A stretch of DNA of 64,000 nucleotides from Candidatus Krumholzibacteriota bacterium (GCA_963727455.1 CAVSGG010000008.1:1-64000), one strand, 5' to 3'. Positions 42,468 through 51,415 are shown, counted from the stretch's first letter. The notes: generated by a model from the sequence alone, not told the origin. Numbers and translations: made by a program.

Positions 42468-43481
42468 CTAGCCCGCTCGAAAGCACACGGGAAGACCCTC
42501 TCCCCGCGCAAGAACGCGTCCGATGGGCATGGGGGGCTCGCGCAACTCCGCGGCAATCCGCGAGGAAATCTCCTCACAAATCACGACCATCCCCAAGCCC
42601 AGGTTGAAGACCCGCCGCATCTCTTCGACTTCGATTCGACCTCGCTCTTGGAGCAATCGGAAGATGGGAGGGATCTGCCAAGAGCCCGCGTCGATTTGGA
42701 CCGCCAGCCCTTCCGGGAGAACTCGGGGAATGTTGTCGACGAGACCGCCTCCGGTGATGTGAGCCAGCGCTGCGATCGACTGATGCGCACGCAGCTCCAT
42801 CACTTGTGACAGATAGCTGCGATGCACCGCGAGAAGCGCATCGGCGAGCGAGCATCCCAGCCCTCCAGGATCCTCGTCCAAAGGAAGCCTGGATTCGCCC
42901 TCGAGCAGGACTTTGCGCGCCAGACTGAATCCATTCGTGTGCAGGCCGCTGGAAGGCCAGGCGTACACCTTCATTCCCTCTCTCACCGACGCGCCGCTGA
43001 TGAGGTCGTTTTCCTCCACTCTCCCCACGATACAGCCGGCCAGGTCGAAGTCCTCACCGTGATACACCCCGGGCATCTCCGCCGTCTCTCCCCCGATCAG
43101 CGCGCAGCCGTTTTCACGGCAGGCCTTGGCGAGCCCCTCCACCACCGCGACAAAGGTCTCTTCGCTCAGACTACCGGTCCCGTAATAGTCCAGGAAGAAG
43201 AGCGGCGTGGCCCCCTGAACCAGGATGTCGTTGACGCAGTGGTTCACCAGGTCCTCGCCGACTCCGCCTGGCTGCTGGGCCGCGAGGGCGATTTTCAGCT
43301 TGGTACCCACTCCGTCGATGGAGGAAACGAGCAGGGATCCGTCGGGCTGCCGATAGAGGCCCCCGAAAGATCCCACCTCCGATGCCACGGCAGGGCCCCA
43401 GGTGGAGCGTATGGCGGCACGGGAAGAGGCGAGCGCTTGGCTGGCGGCGTCGATATCGACCCCGGATTCGCGGTATTTCAT
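42468..43481 (-). CDS. purM: Phosphoribosylformylglycinamidine cyclo-ligase (AIR synthase)
   Basis: YRESGVDID, DGVGTK, GGETAEMPG, SSGLHTNGFS and AHITGGG motifs. Confidence 0.98.
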   Translation of the reverse strand: MKYRESGVDIDAASQALASSRAAIRSTWGPAVASEVGSFGGLYRQPDGSLLVSSIDGVGTKLKIALAAQQPGGVGEDLVNHCVNDILVQGATPLFFLDYYGTGSLSEETFVAVVEGLAKACRENGCALIGGETAEMPGVYHGEDFDLAGCIVGRVEENDLISGASVREGMKVYAWPSSGLHTNGFSLARKVLLEGESRLPLDEDPGGLGCSLADALLAVHRSYLSQVMELRAHQSIAALAHITGGGLVDNIPRVLPEGLAVQIDAGSWQIPPIFRLLQERGRIEVEEMRRVFNLGLGMVVICEEISSRIAAELREPPMPIGRVLARGEGLPVCFRAG

Positions 43482-43487
43482 GGCGGC

Positions 43488-43516
43488 ATGCTAGGGCGAG
43501 GCGGCTGTCCTGTCAA
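43488..43516 (-). promoter_or_regulatory. Putative leaderless sigma70 promoter of purM
   Basis: TTGACA-17 nt-TAGCAT, then 6 nt, then ATG; no SD present. Confidence 0.65.
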
Positions 43517-43556
43517 AGAGAGGCATGGCGGCGGTCGGAGAGCCTCGCGACCGGCT

Positions 43557-44909
43557 CTAGCCCACCGGCAGGCCGACGGGAAGCTCGGCCTCGCGCGTGG
43601 CAGCGTCGTGCAGAATTCTCTGGATCTCCAGGGCGGTACCGTCTGCCTGAGCGATCACCTTGAAGCTGCCGTCGGCGTACATCGACTCGATTGCATCGAC
43701 CACGTCCTCGGCGAACTGGCTCCCCTTGAAGCGGCGCAACTCCTCCATGCACTGCTCGAGCGAGAGCGCAGCCCGGTAGGGACGGTTGGAGGTCATGGCG
43801 TCAATTGCGTCGCAACAGTTGAGGATGCGGCTGCCCAGTTTGACCTCGTCGTCGCGTAGACCGTCGGGATAGCCCAGGCCATCCGGACGCTCGTGGTGAT
43901 GACGCACCAAGTCCGCCGCGCCCTTGAGGAACTTCATTTGAGAGACAATTTCGCCCCCGATCGCGGGATGGGAAGCGAGGATGTCGAACTCGTCCTTGGT
44001 CAGGCGCGCCGGTTTGCAGACGATGTCGTTGGTGATGGCGATCTTGCCTATGTCGTGCAGCAGTCCGGCGTACTCGAGCTCCTCGAGTTCCTCCGGCCCC
44101 ATTCCCATCCGCTGACCGATCTGCACTGCGTACTTCGCCACGCGATAGCTGTGCCCGTGCGTGTAGGGCTCGTCCGCTTCCAGGGCGGTGGTGAGCGCGG
44201 CCACGGTGTTGATGTGCGCTTCCTTCATTTCCTCGAAGAGCTTGTGGCTCTGCCAGATGATGAACAGCGGCAATCCAAAGAGCAGCAGCGACCAGAGTCC
44301 CGCGTACTCGTAGGAGAAGATGAGGAAAGCGCTCAGGGGTGCGGTGAGCAGGCCACTCAAAAAGTGCCAGGCGTAGTCGCCGCGCCAAACTTGATTCCAG
44401 GTCCGCCCTTCATTCAGGACGAGAACCGTGCTGGTGAGCGTCATGTTGACGCCAGAGAAAACCATGTGTGCCACGAGCGCGGGAATGAGGAACAGCGGCG
44501 AGGAGAGACTATCGACGCTGCTCCAGGGCAAGCTATGAAAAACGATGCCGGCCACTCCAACGGAGAAAGTCATCATCGCGATGTTGAAGATGACCTTCAA
44601 CGGAGAGCGACGCTTGATCAAGCCATCGCCCACCAGCAAACTCGCGCCTTCCATAAGCATCGCGGCAGCCGGACCGAGGGTTGCGATCACCGCAATGTCC
44701 ACGGTGGAGGAGGCCAGCCAGTCTCCGCCTGCTGAGGTCTTGACCTCGAAGAAATCGACTCCGATCAAGAACACACTGAAGCAGAGGATCGGAAGCCACT
44801 GAAGTGGTGAGATGGGGTAACGCTGAAATACCCACCAGCCCAACGCGTACGCCGCTACGGTGAGGACAAGAACGTAGAGAATTGCGATTGGTTTGCGGCG
44901 TATGAGCAT
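43557..44909 (-). CDS. Multi-TM membrane sensor fused to an HD-GYP cyclic-dinucleotide phosphodiesterase
   Basis: About 7-8 hydrophobic segments in the first ~220 aa; YTHGHSYRV, LLHDIGK, HHERPDGLGYPDGL and DAIDAMTSNRPYR motifs. Confidence 0.92.
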   Translation of the reverse strand: MLIRRKPIAILYVLVLTVAAYALGWWVFQRYPISPLQWLPILCFSVFLIGVDFFEVKTSAGGDWLASSTVDIAVIATLGPAAAMLMEGASLLVGDGLIKRRSPLKVIFNIAMMTFSVGVAGIVFHSLPWSSVDSLSSPLFLIPALVAHMVFSGVNMTLTSTVLVLNEGRTWNQVWRGDYAWHFLSGLLTAPLSAFLIFSYEYAGLWSLLLFGLPLFIIWQSHKLFEEMKEAHINTVAALTTALEADEPYTHGHSYRVAKYAVQIGQRMGMGPEELEELEYAGLLHDIGKIAITNDIVCKPARLTKDEFDILASHPAIGGEIVSQMKFLKGAADLVRHHHERPDGLGYPDGLRDDEVKLGSRILNCCDAIDAMTSNRPYRAALSLEQCMEELRRFKGSQFAEDVVDAIESMYADGSFKVIAQADGTALEIQRILHDAATREAELPVGLPVG

Positions 44910-44938
44910 TTGACCAAGGCCGGTTGAGAAGAGTTAGA

Positions 44939-44974
44939 CTACCACTTCACCTTACTACCGAGGACCCAGAACAT
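44939..44974 (-). CDS. Unannotated 11-aa small ORF MFWVLGSKVKW
   Basis: ATG TTC TGG GTC CTC GGT AGT AAG GTG AAG TGG TAG, preceded by SD GAGGTG (44980-44985) at 5-nt spacing; the stop is 29 nt before the HD-GYP ATG. Confidence 0.6.
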   Translation of the reverse strand: MFWVLGSKVKW

Positions 44975-45137
44975 TTTCCCACCTCACATCGGATTGGATT
45001 TGCCGCCATGCTCCGCTAGGGGGCGGCAGTGAGGCTTCGCTACGCGCTCGGGAATATGTGCTCCGCTCGGGGTTTCTCTGCAGACAACTCCCCTCAACCG
45101 GCCAAAAAGAGACCACGACACAAGTCGCGACTTGCCA

Positions 45138-45887
45138 TCAGGCCGAGGCGGCCCGCCACGAGATCTGCTCGAGGGTGGCGTCCTCGTCCTGTACCATCAA
45201 GTCCTGAAACTCCGCTTTGCCCAGAGGCCGATTCAGAGCATCAAGACAGGCGTAAACCGTTGATTCATAAAGAGATCCATTGTCCCAGCAGGTACCGGCC
45301 AGGCGCTGGATCTGGCGATTTGCGCCGAAATCCAGCACTACGATGACCAGGGACCCGCCGGCCAGTGAGGCCACTCGGGTGGTCCTCAATTGGATCTCAT
45401 ACTGGGGTTTCAGCAAGTTGCGCACCGCTTGGACCGCCGCCTGGGCCACCAGAGCCACGCAGGCGTCTGCGCCCAGAGCCGGGCCTTCCGAGCGGCCAGG
45501 CAGGCCCTCGAAAGCGCCCAGACTCAACTCGACCTCGGCGACGAAATTTCCGCCGCTGGTGGTGGAGTGAACTGCGGCCAGACGGATCCGTGGCTGCGAG
45601 CGCGACGGGGGCCGGCTCACGGTCGACTGGTTTGAGGGGAGGGGGGAAGTGTGCGAGGAATTGAGCTGAACCACGCCGATCTTGCGATGATCCACCTGAA
45701 CACCGTGGCGACGGAGCACCGCTTCGACATCGCGCACGATGGGACGGGGAGGACGCTGGGTATCGCTCAAAACGTCGATCTGTTCGATTTCATGCTGAGC
45801 GTCCAGAATCACGGAGGCGTAGCTGACGTTGCGAATCCTCGAGAGCTCGCGCTCCACCTCCATCACTTTCTTCGAATCGAGACTCAT
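45138..45887 (-). CDS. Hypothetical two-domain protein (C-terminal part resembles the LeuA allosteric/dimerisation fold)
   Basis: N-domain IVRDVEAVL..VDHRKIGVVQ; Pro/Ser linker; C-domain ending VYACLDALNR; SD AGGTG before ATG 45887. Confidence 0.7.
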   Translation of the reverse strand: MSLDSKKVMEVERELSRIRNVSYASVILDAQHEIEQIDVLSDTQRPPRPIVRDVEAVLRRHGVQVDHRKIGVVQLNSSHTSPLPSNQSTVSRPPSRSQPRIRLAAVHSTTSGGNFVAEVELSLGAFEGLPGRSEGPALGADACVALVAQAAVQAVRNLLKPQYEIQLRTTRVASLAGGSLVIVVLDFGANRQIQRLAGTCWDNGSLYESTVYACLDALNRPLGKAEFQDLMVQDEDATLEQISWRAASA

Positions 45888-46020
45888 GGATCCACCTGAG
45901 TTCTTTCTGCCCATTCCGCTGCTCCGGCGGGATTCGTCGCGCTACGACTGTAGCACACGGCTTGATCCGCCACCAAGGAAGAAACAGACTAAGCCATGAA
46001 ATGACAAAAGATTGAAGGGT

Positions 46021-46932
46021 TTACTTCGGCCAGGCCACGAGCTGGCGCAGCTCCTCGCGTCTCTGATTCACTGCGGCCGGCCTTAGATTTTCCAGGCCGC
46101 GGACGCTGAAGTCCTCTGCGGCGAAGCTCGCGAGCACCGTACCCTCGATCATGGCCTCGCGCAGGAGATCGTGATCCAGCTTCTCGCGACCGGCCAGATG
46201 GCCCAGAAAGCCACCGGCAAAGGTGTCCCCTGCACCGGTCGGGTCCTTGACGCGGTCCAACACCACCGCCGGCAAAGCGAAGCGCTGCGCGCCGTCGAAG
46301 AGGAGAGCTCCGTGCTCTCCCTTCTTGACGACCACTCGCTCGGGTCCCATGGCCTGAATCACCCGCACCGATTCGACCAGGGAGTGCTTTCCGCTCAACA
46401 GGCGCACTTCCTCGTCGTTGAGAAAGACGAGATCGGAGCGCTCGAGCACTTTGACCAGCTCCTCGCGCGAGGATTCGATCCACAGATTCATGGTGTCCAC
46501 CGCCACCAGTCGCGGGCTCTTGACCTGCTCGAGAACTTCCAGCTGCAGAGAGGGGTGGATGTTGGCGAGGAAGAGAAGTTCGGGATCCCGGAAGCTCCAA
46601 GGGAGAACGGGATGGAAGTGCTCGAAGACGTTCAAGTGGGTGAAGAGAGTGTCACGCCGATTCATGTCCTCGTGATAGCGCCCTCCCCAACGGAAACACT
46701 CCCCCTTCTCCACTTGGAGTCCGCTAGTGTCGATCTCCTTGCTCGACAGGAGATCACGGGCACTCTGGGGAAGGTCCTCTCCCACCACAGCGACCAGTCC
46801 CACCTGCGCATTGCGCGCGGCGGCGAGCGAGAAAAACGTGGCGCTCCCGCCCAGGGCGTTTTCTGCCTTTCCCCAGCGAGTCTCCACCGAGTCCAAGGCT
46901 ACCGAGCCCACTACGACGATCTGCATGAGCAT
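46021..46932 (-). CDS. PfkB-family carbohydrate/nucleoside kinase
   Basis: GSVALD, GGSATF, NDEE and DPTGAGDTFAGG motifs. Confidence 0.93.
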   Translation of the reverse strand: MLMQIVVVGSVALDSVETRWGKAENALGGSATFFSLAAARNAQVGLVAVVGEDLPQSARDLLSSKEIDTSGLQVEKGECFRWGGRYHEDMNRRDTLFTHLNVFEHFHPVLPWSFRDPELLFLANIHPSLQLEVLEQVKSPRLVAVDTMNLWIESSREELVKVLERSDLVFLNDEEVRLLSGKHSLVESVRVIQAMGPERVVVKKGEHGALLFDGAQRFALPAVVLDRVKDPTGAGDTFAGGFLGHLAGREKLDHDLLREAMIEGTVLASFAAEDFSVRGLENLRPAAVNQRREELRQLVAWPK

Positions 46933-46954
46933 GCCCCCGATCGATTTCTTGCGT

Positions 46955-48685
46955 TCACATTTGCTCCGGGGTGTCCATCCCCAGCAGAGTCAGCGTGTTG
47001 GCCAAGACGACGCGCGTCGCCGAACTCAGCGCCAGACGCGCGCGTGAGAGATCCGAGTCGTCCGTGAGGATCCTGCAATGCTGGTAGAAGTGATGGAATG
47101 CCGACGCCAAATCGACGGAATATCTCGTCAAGCGCGATACCTCGCGAGTCGCAGCGCTGCGCGCAATGATGTGCGGCAGATCGGGCAGTAGCCGGCAAAG
47201 CGCAATCTCCGCGTCTTCGCATAGAAGTCTCAGTTCTTTCTCCGTGGCTGGATGTTTGTCCGCGCCCTGAGCCTTCGCATTGCGCAGCACACTGCAGATC
47301 CGGGCGTGCGCGTACTTCACATACCAACCGGGATTGTCATTGCTCTGCTTCCGCGCCAGGTCCAAATCAAAATCCAGATGGGAGGAGTTTTTGCGCGACA
47401 AGAAGAAGAACCGCGCCACGTCCGCGCCCACATCATCGATGAGCTGATCCATGGTCACCAGTCGGCCCGCGCGCTTGGACATCTCCAGGGGAAGACCGTC
47501 TTGGATGAGGTTCACTTGCTGCAAAAGGATGATCTCGAGCCAATTGGGCGGAAAACCCAAGCACTCGCTGGCCGCCGCCATGCGAGCGATGTAGCCGTGG
47601 TGGTCGGGTCCCAGAAGATCAATGGCCACCTCCGCTCCGCGTTCCTTCTTGCTCAAGTGGTAGGCGATGTCGGGCAGAAAGTAGGTGGGCACGCCATCGC
47701 TCTTCACCAAAACCCGGTCTTTCTCGTCCTCGAATTCGCCCGTGGCCAGCCAGGTCGCGCCGTCCTTTTCGTAGACGTGTCCGGCATCCTTCAAAGTCTC
47801 CAGAGTCTTCTCGAGCTTTCCACTGCGGTGCAGCTCCGTTTCGAGATACCAGGAGTCGAAGCGAACTCCGTAGCGCCGGCAGGTCGCCCTTTGGGAGAGA
47901 AGCATCGCGGCAATCCCGAAGGAGCCGAAGGCCTGAGCGGAATCCTCGTCGCTTTTAAGCGCGAGCCAATCGTCCGGCTCACCCTTGGGCAAGGAGAGAT
48001 CTCCGATGATCCGTCCCGCCTCTTCATCGCTCTCCTGGCTGAGAAGAGAGGTGCCACGCTCCAGCAATTTGCGCGCGAGTTCCTCCAGGTACTCGCCTTG
48101 GTATCCCTCTTCGGGCAGCTCGACCGCCTCCCCTTTCGCCTGGAGATAGCGCGCCCGGAAACTGCGTCCGAAGAGCAGGACCTGCCGGCCGGCATTGTTC
48201 ACGTAGAACTCGCTGCTGGGCCGATAACCCGCGCGTTCCATGACGCGATGCAGAGTCGAACCCACCGCGGCGGCCCGTGCGCTCACGATGTTCAAGGGTC
48301 CCGTGGGATTCGCGCTGATGTACTCCAGGCTGATACGCTCTCCCTCCCCGGCCTGGCTGCGCCCGTAGTCCTCGGCCTCTTCCAGGATGCGAAGAATCGG
48401 CTCGGTCAACGCTTGGTGCGAATAACGGAAGTTGATGAAACCCGGACCCGCGATCTCCAGCGACTCCACTAGCGACTTATCCAGCTCCAGGCTTGCCGCG
48501 ATCTCTCCCGCGAGCTCCCGGGGCTTGCGTTCGAGACGCTTCGCCAAAAGTAGAGCGACGTTGGAGCTGAGATCTCCGTGGCTGGGGTCCTTGGGCTGCT
48601 CCAGCTCGAGGCGCACGTCCTCCTCGAAGACACCGTAGCCCTCCAAGGCCTTCATGAGGGCGTCGCGAATGAGCTTCTCGATCAT
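46955..48685 (-). CDS. argS: Arginine--tRNA ligase
   Basis: IAGPGFINF, SANPTGPL, GPDHHGY, MSKRAG and YAHARICS motifs. Confidence 0.97.
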   Translation of the reverse strand: MIEKLIRDALMKALEGYGVFEEDVRLELEQPKDPSHGDLSSNVALLLAKRLERKPRELAGEIAASLELDKSLVESLEIAGPGFINFRYSHQALTEPILRILEEAEDYGRSQAGEGERISLEYISANPTGPLNIVSARAAAVGSTLHRVMERAGYRPSSEFYVNNAGRQVLLFGRSFRARYLQAKGEAVELPEEGYQGEYLEELARKLLERGTSLLSQESDEEAGRIIGDLSLPKGEPDDWLALKSDEDSAQAFGSFGIAAMLLSQRATCRRYGVRFDSWYLETELHRSGKLEKTLETLKDAGHVYEKDGATWLATGEFEDEKDRVLVKSDGVPTYFLPDIAYHLSKKERGAEVAIDLLGPDHHGYIARMAAASECLGFPPNWLEIILLQQVNLIQDGLPLEMSKRAGRLVTMDQLIDDVGADVARFFFLSRKNSSHLDFDLDLARKQSNDNPGWYVKYAHARICSVLRNAKAQGADKHPATEKELRLLCEDAEIALCRLLPDLPHIIARSAATREVSRLTRYSVDLASAFHHFYQHCRILTDDSDLSRARLALSSATRVVLANTLTLLGMDTPEQM

Positions 48686-49050
48686 TGGGAAGCTCCACTT
48701 TCGTCGAAGCGTGTAAGAGGTGCATCGCCCCAGAGTCTCTCCAGAGCGTAGTAACTACGGGCCCGGGGCTGCATTACGTGCGCGACCACGTCGAAGAAAT
48801 CGATGAGTACCCAGCTTCCCACGTCCTTCCCTTCCACATGGAGAGGTTTCTCGCCTCGAGTCTGGGCCCCATCCAGGATTGCATTGGCAATCGTCCGCAC
48901 CTGGAGTTGGGAGCCCCCGCTGAGAAGAACGAAGTAGTCGGTGACGTCGCTCAACTCGCTGACATCGAGGAGAACCACGTCCTCCGCCTTTTTCGAAAGA
49001 CCCCATTCCACGATGGCGCGAGCCAGCTCATGGCTTTGCTCTTTGTTCAT
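48682..49050 (-). CDS. rsfS: Ribosome silencing factor RsfS
   Basis: KKAEDVVLLDV, DYFV, WVLIDF.DVVAH and YYALERLWGDA motifs. Confidence 0.95.
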   Translation of the reverse strand: MNKEQSHELARAIVEWGLSKKAEDVVLLDVSELSDVTDYFVLLSGGSQLQVRTIANAILDGAQTRGEKPLHVEGKDVGSWVLIDFFDVVAHVMQPRARSYYALERLWGDAPLTRFDESGASQ

Positions 49051-49086
49051 AGTCTCGTCCGCAAAAGATTCCACGAGAATTGAGGC

Positions 49087-50085
49087 TCAGTTGAGGCGGC
49101 GAAGCACATAGTCCACCGCGTCGCTGAGGATCGCGGTCTGAGGATGCGGGCCGAGCGCATGGAGGCTCTCCTTCGCGCGCTCACCATAGTGCGCGGCCAT
49201 CTTGGAGGCATATTCCAATCCACCGTGCTGGTGCACCATTTCACGGACTTCGGCCCACAGACGAGGCTCGTCCGGACCGGCCACCATCGCCTTGCGCAGC
49301 CGCGCTTTCAGTGGAGCTGACGCGTTTCGCCAGGCCGCGATGAACGGAAGCGTGATACGCCCCTCGCGCCAATCCCCTCCTACCGGCTTGCCAAGCCGCT
49401 TGGGATCGCCGCGATAGTCGAAAATGTCATCGGTGATCTGAAAGGCCATTCCCAAGTTCTGTCCGAATGCTGAAAGAGCAGGGCGATGGTGTTGCAAACC
49501 GGGATGGAACAGCGCGCCGATTTCGCAAGAGGCCGCGATCAAACACGCGGTCTTCTCGGAGATGATCGTGAAGTAGTCCTCTTCCGGTAGGTCGAGGCGA
49601 CTGCGACTCTCCAGCTGCATCATCTCCGCCACGCTCATGCGGTGCGTGGTGGCCGCGATGATTCGCATCGCATCCTCCATGCCGCGCGCGGTGAGCAGGG
49701 AAAAGACCTTGGTGTAGAGGAAGTCGCCCATGATGAGTGCGGCCGCAGGACCCCACTTTACGTTCACGGTAGGAAGACGGCGGCGCGTGGCTGCATCGTC
49801 GATGAAATCGTCGTGAACTAGCGTTGCGGTGTGGACCAGCTCGACACAGGCCGCCGCGAATGCGGCATCCGGATGCATCTCGCTGCCGTTCTTGGAGGCA
49901 ATGAGCACTAGAGTCGGGCGAAAGCGCTTGGACTTCCCCTCTTTCAAATGCTCGCAGATCTTCCCCAGCAGCTCCAGCTCACCGTTGAGAAGGGTCTCGT
50001 ACTCGCGCTCGAAGGAAATCAACTCCTCGGCCACGAAGGACTGAAGCGACTGGAGTTTGACGCGGTCCTCGCCGGCCAGAGGCAC
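49087..50085 (-). CDS. Polyprenyl diphosphate synthase (IspB-like)
   Basis: KRFRP, HTATLVHDDFID, KTA and FQITDDIFD motifs. Confidence 0.93.
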   Translation of the reverse strand: MPLAGEDRVKLQSLQSFVAEELISFEREYETLLNGELELLGKICEHLKEGKSKRFRPTLVLIASKNGSEMHPDAAFAAACVELVHTATLVHDDFIDDAATRRRLPTVNVKWGPAAALIMGDFLYTKVFSLLTARGMEDAMRIIAATTHRMSVAEMMQLESRSRLDLPEEDYFTIISEKTACLIAASCEIGALFHPGLQHHRPALSAFGQNLGMAFQITDDIFDYRGDPKRLGKPVGGDWREGRITLPFIAAWRNASAPLKARLRKAMVAGPDEPRLWAEVREMVHQHGGLEYASKMAAHYGERAKESLHALGPHPQTAILSDAVDYVLRRLN

Positions 50086-50172
50086 TGTAATCCTGCCTTC
50101 AATGGAGATGCGACCTTCGAGCGAACCCCGGAGGAGTCACGCAAGAGCCTTACAGGTATACAATTGTCGCTG

Positions 50173-50931
50173 CTAGCTGTCAATGTCGTCCGGTTTGCGG
50201 TCTTTTCGCCTCCGCATGATCAACGCCACCACGACGCTGGACATGTACAGGACCATGACCGGCCCGGCCAGCATGATCTGACTGATGATGTCCGGCGGTG
50301 TCAAAATCGCCGAAACGGTCAGAATGGCGATGAGGGCGAAGCGCCAGCCCCTGAGCAGCATCCGCGGGTGCACCACCCCGGCCCAGGAGAGCGCCAGGAC
50401 CACCATGGGCAGCTCGAAGAGCAGGCCGAAGGCCAGACAGAGCCGCACGGCCAGGTCGAAATATTCCCGCGCAGTGAGAAGAGGTTGAAGCTGCTTGGTG
50501 GCGAAACCGATCGCGAAACGGATCACCAGGGGCAAGAGAACGAAAAAGCAGAAGGCGACTCCCACGTAGAATAATCCGGTGGCAGTCACCAGCAGCGGCG
50601 TCACCACTCTCTTTTCGCGGGGGTGCAAGCCAGGCGTGACGAAGCGGTAGAGCTTGAGAAGAATCAGAGGGAGCACCAGAAAGAGACCGACCGCGCTCGA
50701 GGCCTTCAACTTGAGAAGAAAGGCCTCCATGGGAGCAGTGAAGTAGAGACTCTCCTGCCCCGCCTTGCGGGCCGGACTGAGTAATCCGTCCACGATCTGG
50801 TCACTGAAGAACCAGGCCACGATCGTAGCAAGGACCGCGAGTGCCAACGCCCAGAGGATAGTCTTCCTCAGCTCCGCGATATGCTCGATCATCGTCATTT
50901 CGCCGCGTGACTTGCCGGCTCCATGACTCAT
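50173..50931 (-). CDS. tatC: Twin-arginine translocase subunit TatC
   Basis: EHIAELR, FVTPGLHPREK, FGLLFELP and LTPPD motifs. Confidence 0.96.
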   Translation of the reverse strand: MSHGAGKSRGEMTMIEHIAELRKTILWALALAVLATIVAWFFSDQIVDGLLSPARKAGQESLYFTAPMEAFLLKLKASSAVGLFLVLPLILLKLYRFVTPGLHPREKRVVTPLLVTATGLFYVGVAFCFFVLLPLVIRFAIGFATKQLQPLLTAREYFDLAVRLCLAFGLLFELPMVVLALSWAGVVHPRMLLRGWRFALIAILTVSAILTPPDIISQIMLAGPVMVLYMSSVVVALIMRRRKDRKPDDIDS

Positions 50932-50935
50932 GGCA

Positions 50936-51415
50936 TCACGTACCTTTCGCGGCGCGTCCCGCATCGCGCTTGAGGAGGGATCGTAGCTCGTCCATGAACT
51001 GGCTAGCGTTCTGGAAACTGCGATACACCGATGCGAAGCGCAGGTAAGCCACCTCGTCGAGCTGTTCGAGCTCTTCCATCACCGCCCTTCCAATCTCTTC
51101 GCTGGGGATTTCCTCGCGGGCGGGAGCGAAAACGGTGGCCTCGACCCGATCGGCCAGAGCATCCATCTCCTCGCGCGTGACCGGTCGCTTGTGACAAGCT
51201 TGGATGACCCCTGCCAGCAGGCGGTCGCGATCGTAGGTCTGGTGCCGGCCATCCTTCTTCACCACCAGAGCCGAAGTGCGTTCCACATATTCATAGGTGG
51301 TGTAACGATGCGAACAGCTCACGCATTCGCGGCGCCGCCGAATTGCCGCACCTTCCTTCGTGGAACGCGAATCGACGACCCGGTCCTCGAGATTGCCGCA
51401 GTTGGGGCAACGCAT
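50936..51415 (-). CDS. nrdR: Transcriptional repressor NrdR
   Basis: MRCPNC...VVDSR...IRRRREC..C; ATP-cone; VAYLRFASVY. Confidence 0.97.
   Translation of the reverse strand: MRCPNCGNLEDRVVDSRSTKEGAAIRRRRECVSCSHRYTTYEYVERTSALVVKKDGRHQTYDRDRLLAGVIQACHKRPVTREEMDALADRVEATVFAPAREEIPSEEIGRAVMEELEQLDEVAYLRFASVYRSFQNASQFMDELRSLLKRDAGRAAKGT

Noticed and set aside
44975-45137. Possible c-di-GMP riboswitch upstream of the HD-GYP gene (a GGCAAA is present)
   Set aside because: The GNRA tetraloop/receptor and the second conserved GCAAA segment of class I are not evident; would need cmscan to revisit.
45121-45140. TGGCAAG just after the hypothetical gene as a sigma54 promoter for the peptide
   Set aside because: No GC at the -12 position (the GG-N10-GC spacing fails); kept only as a palindrome.
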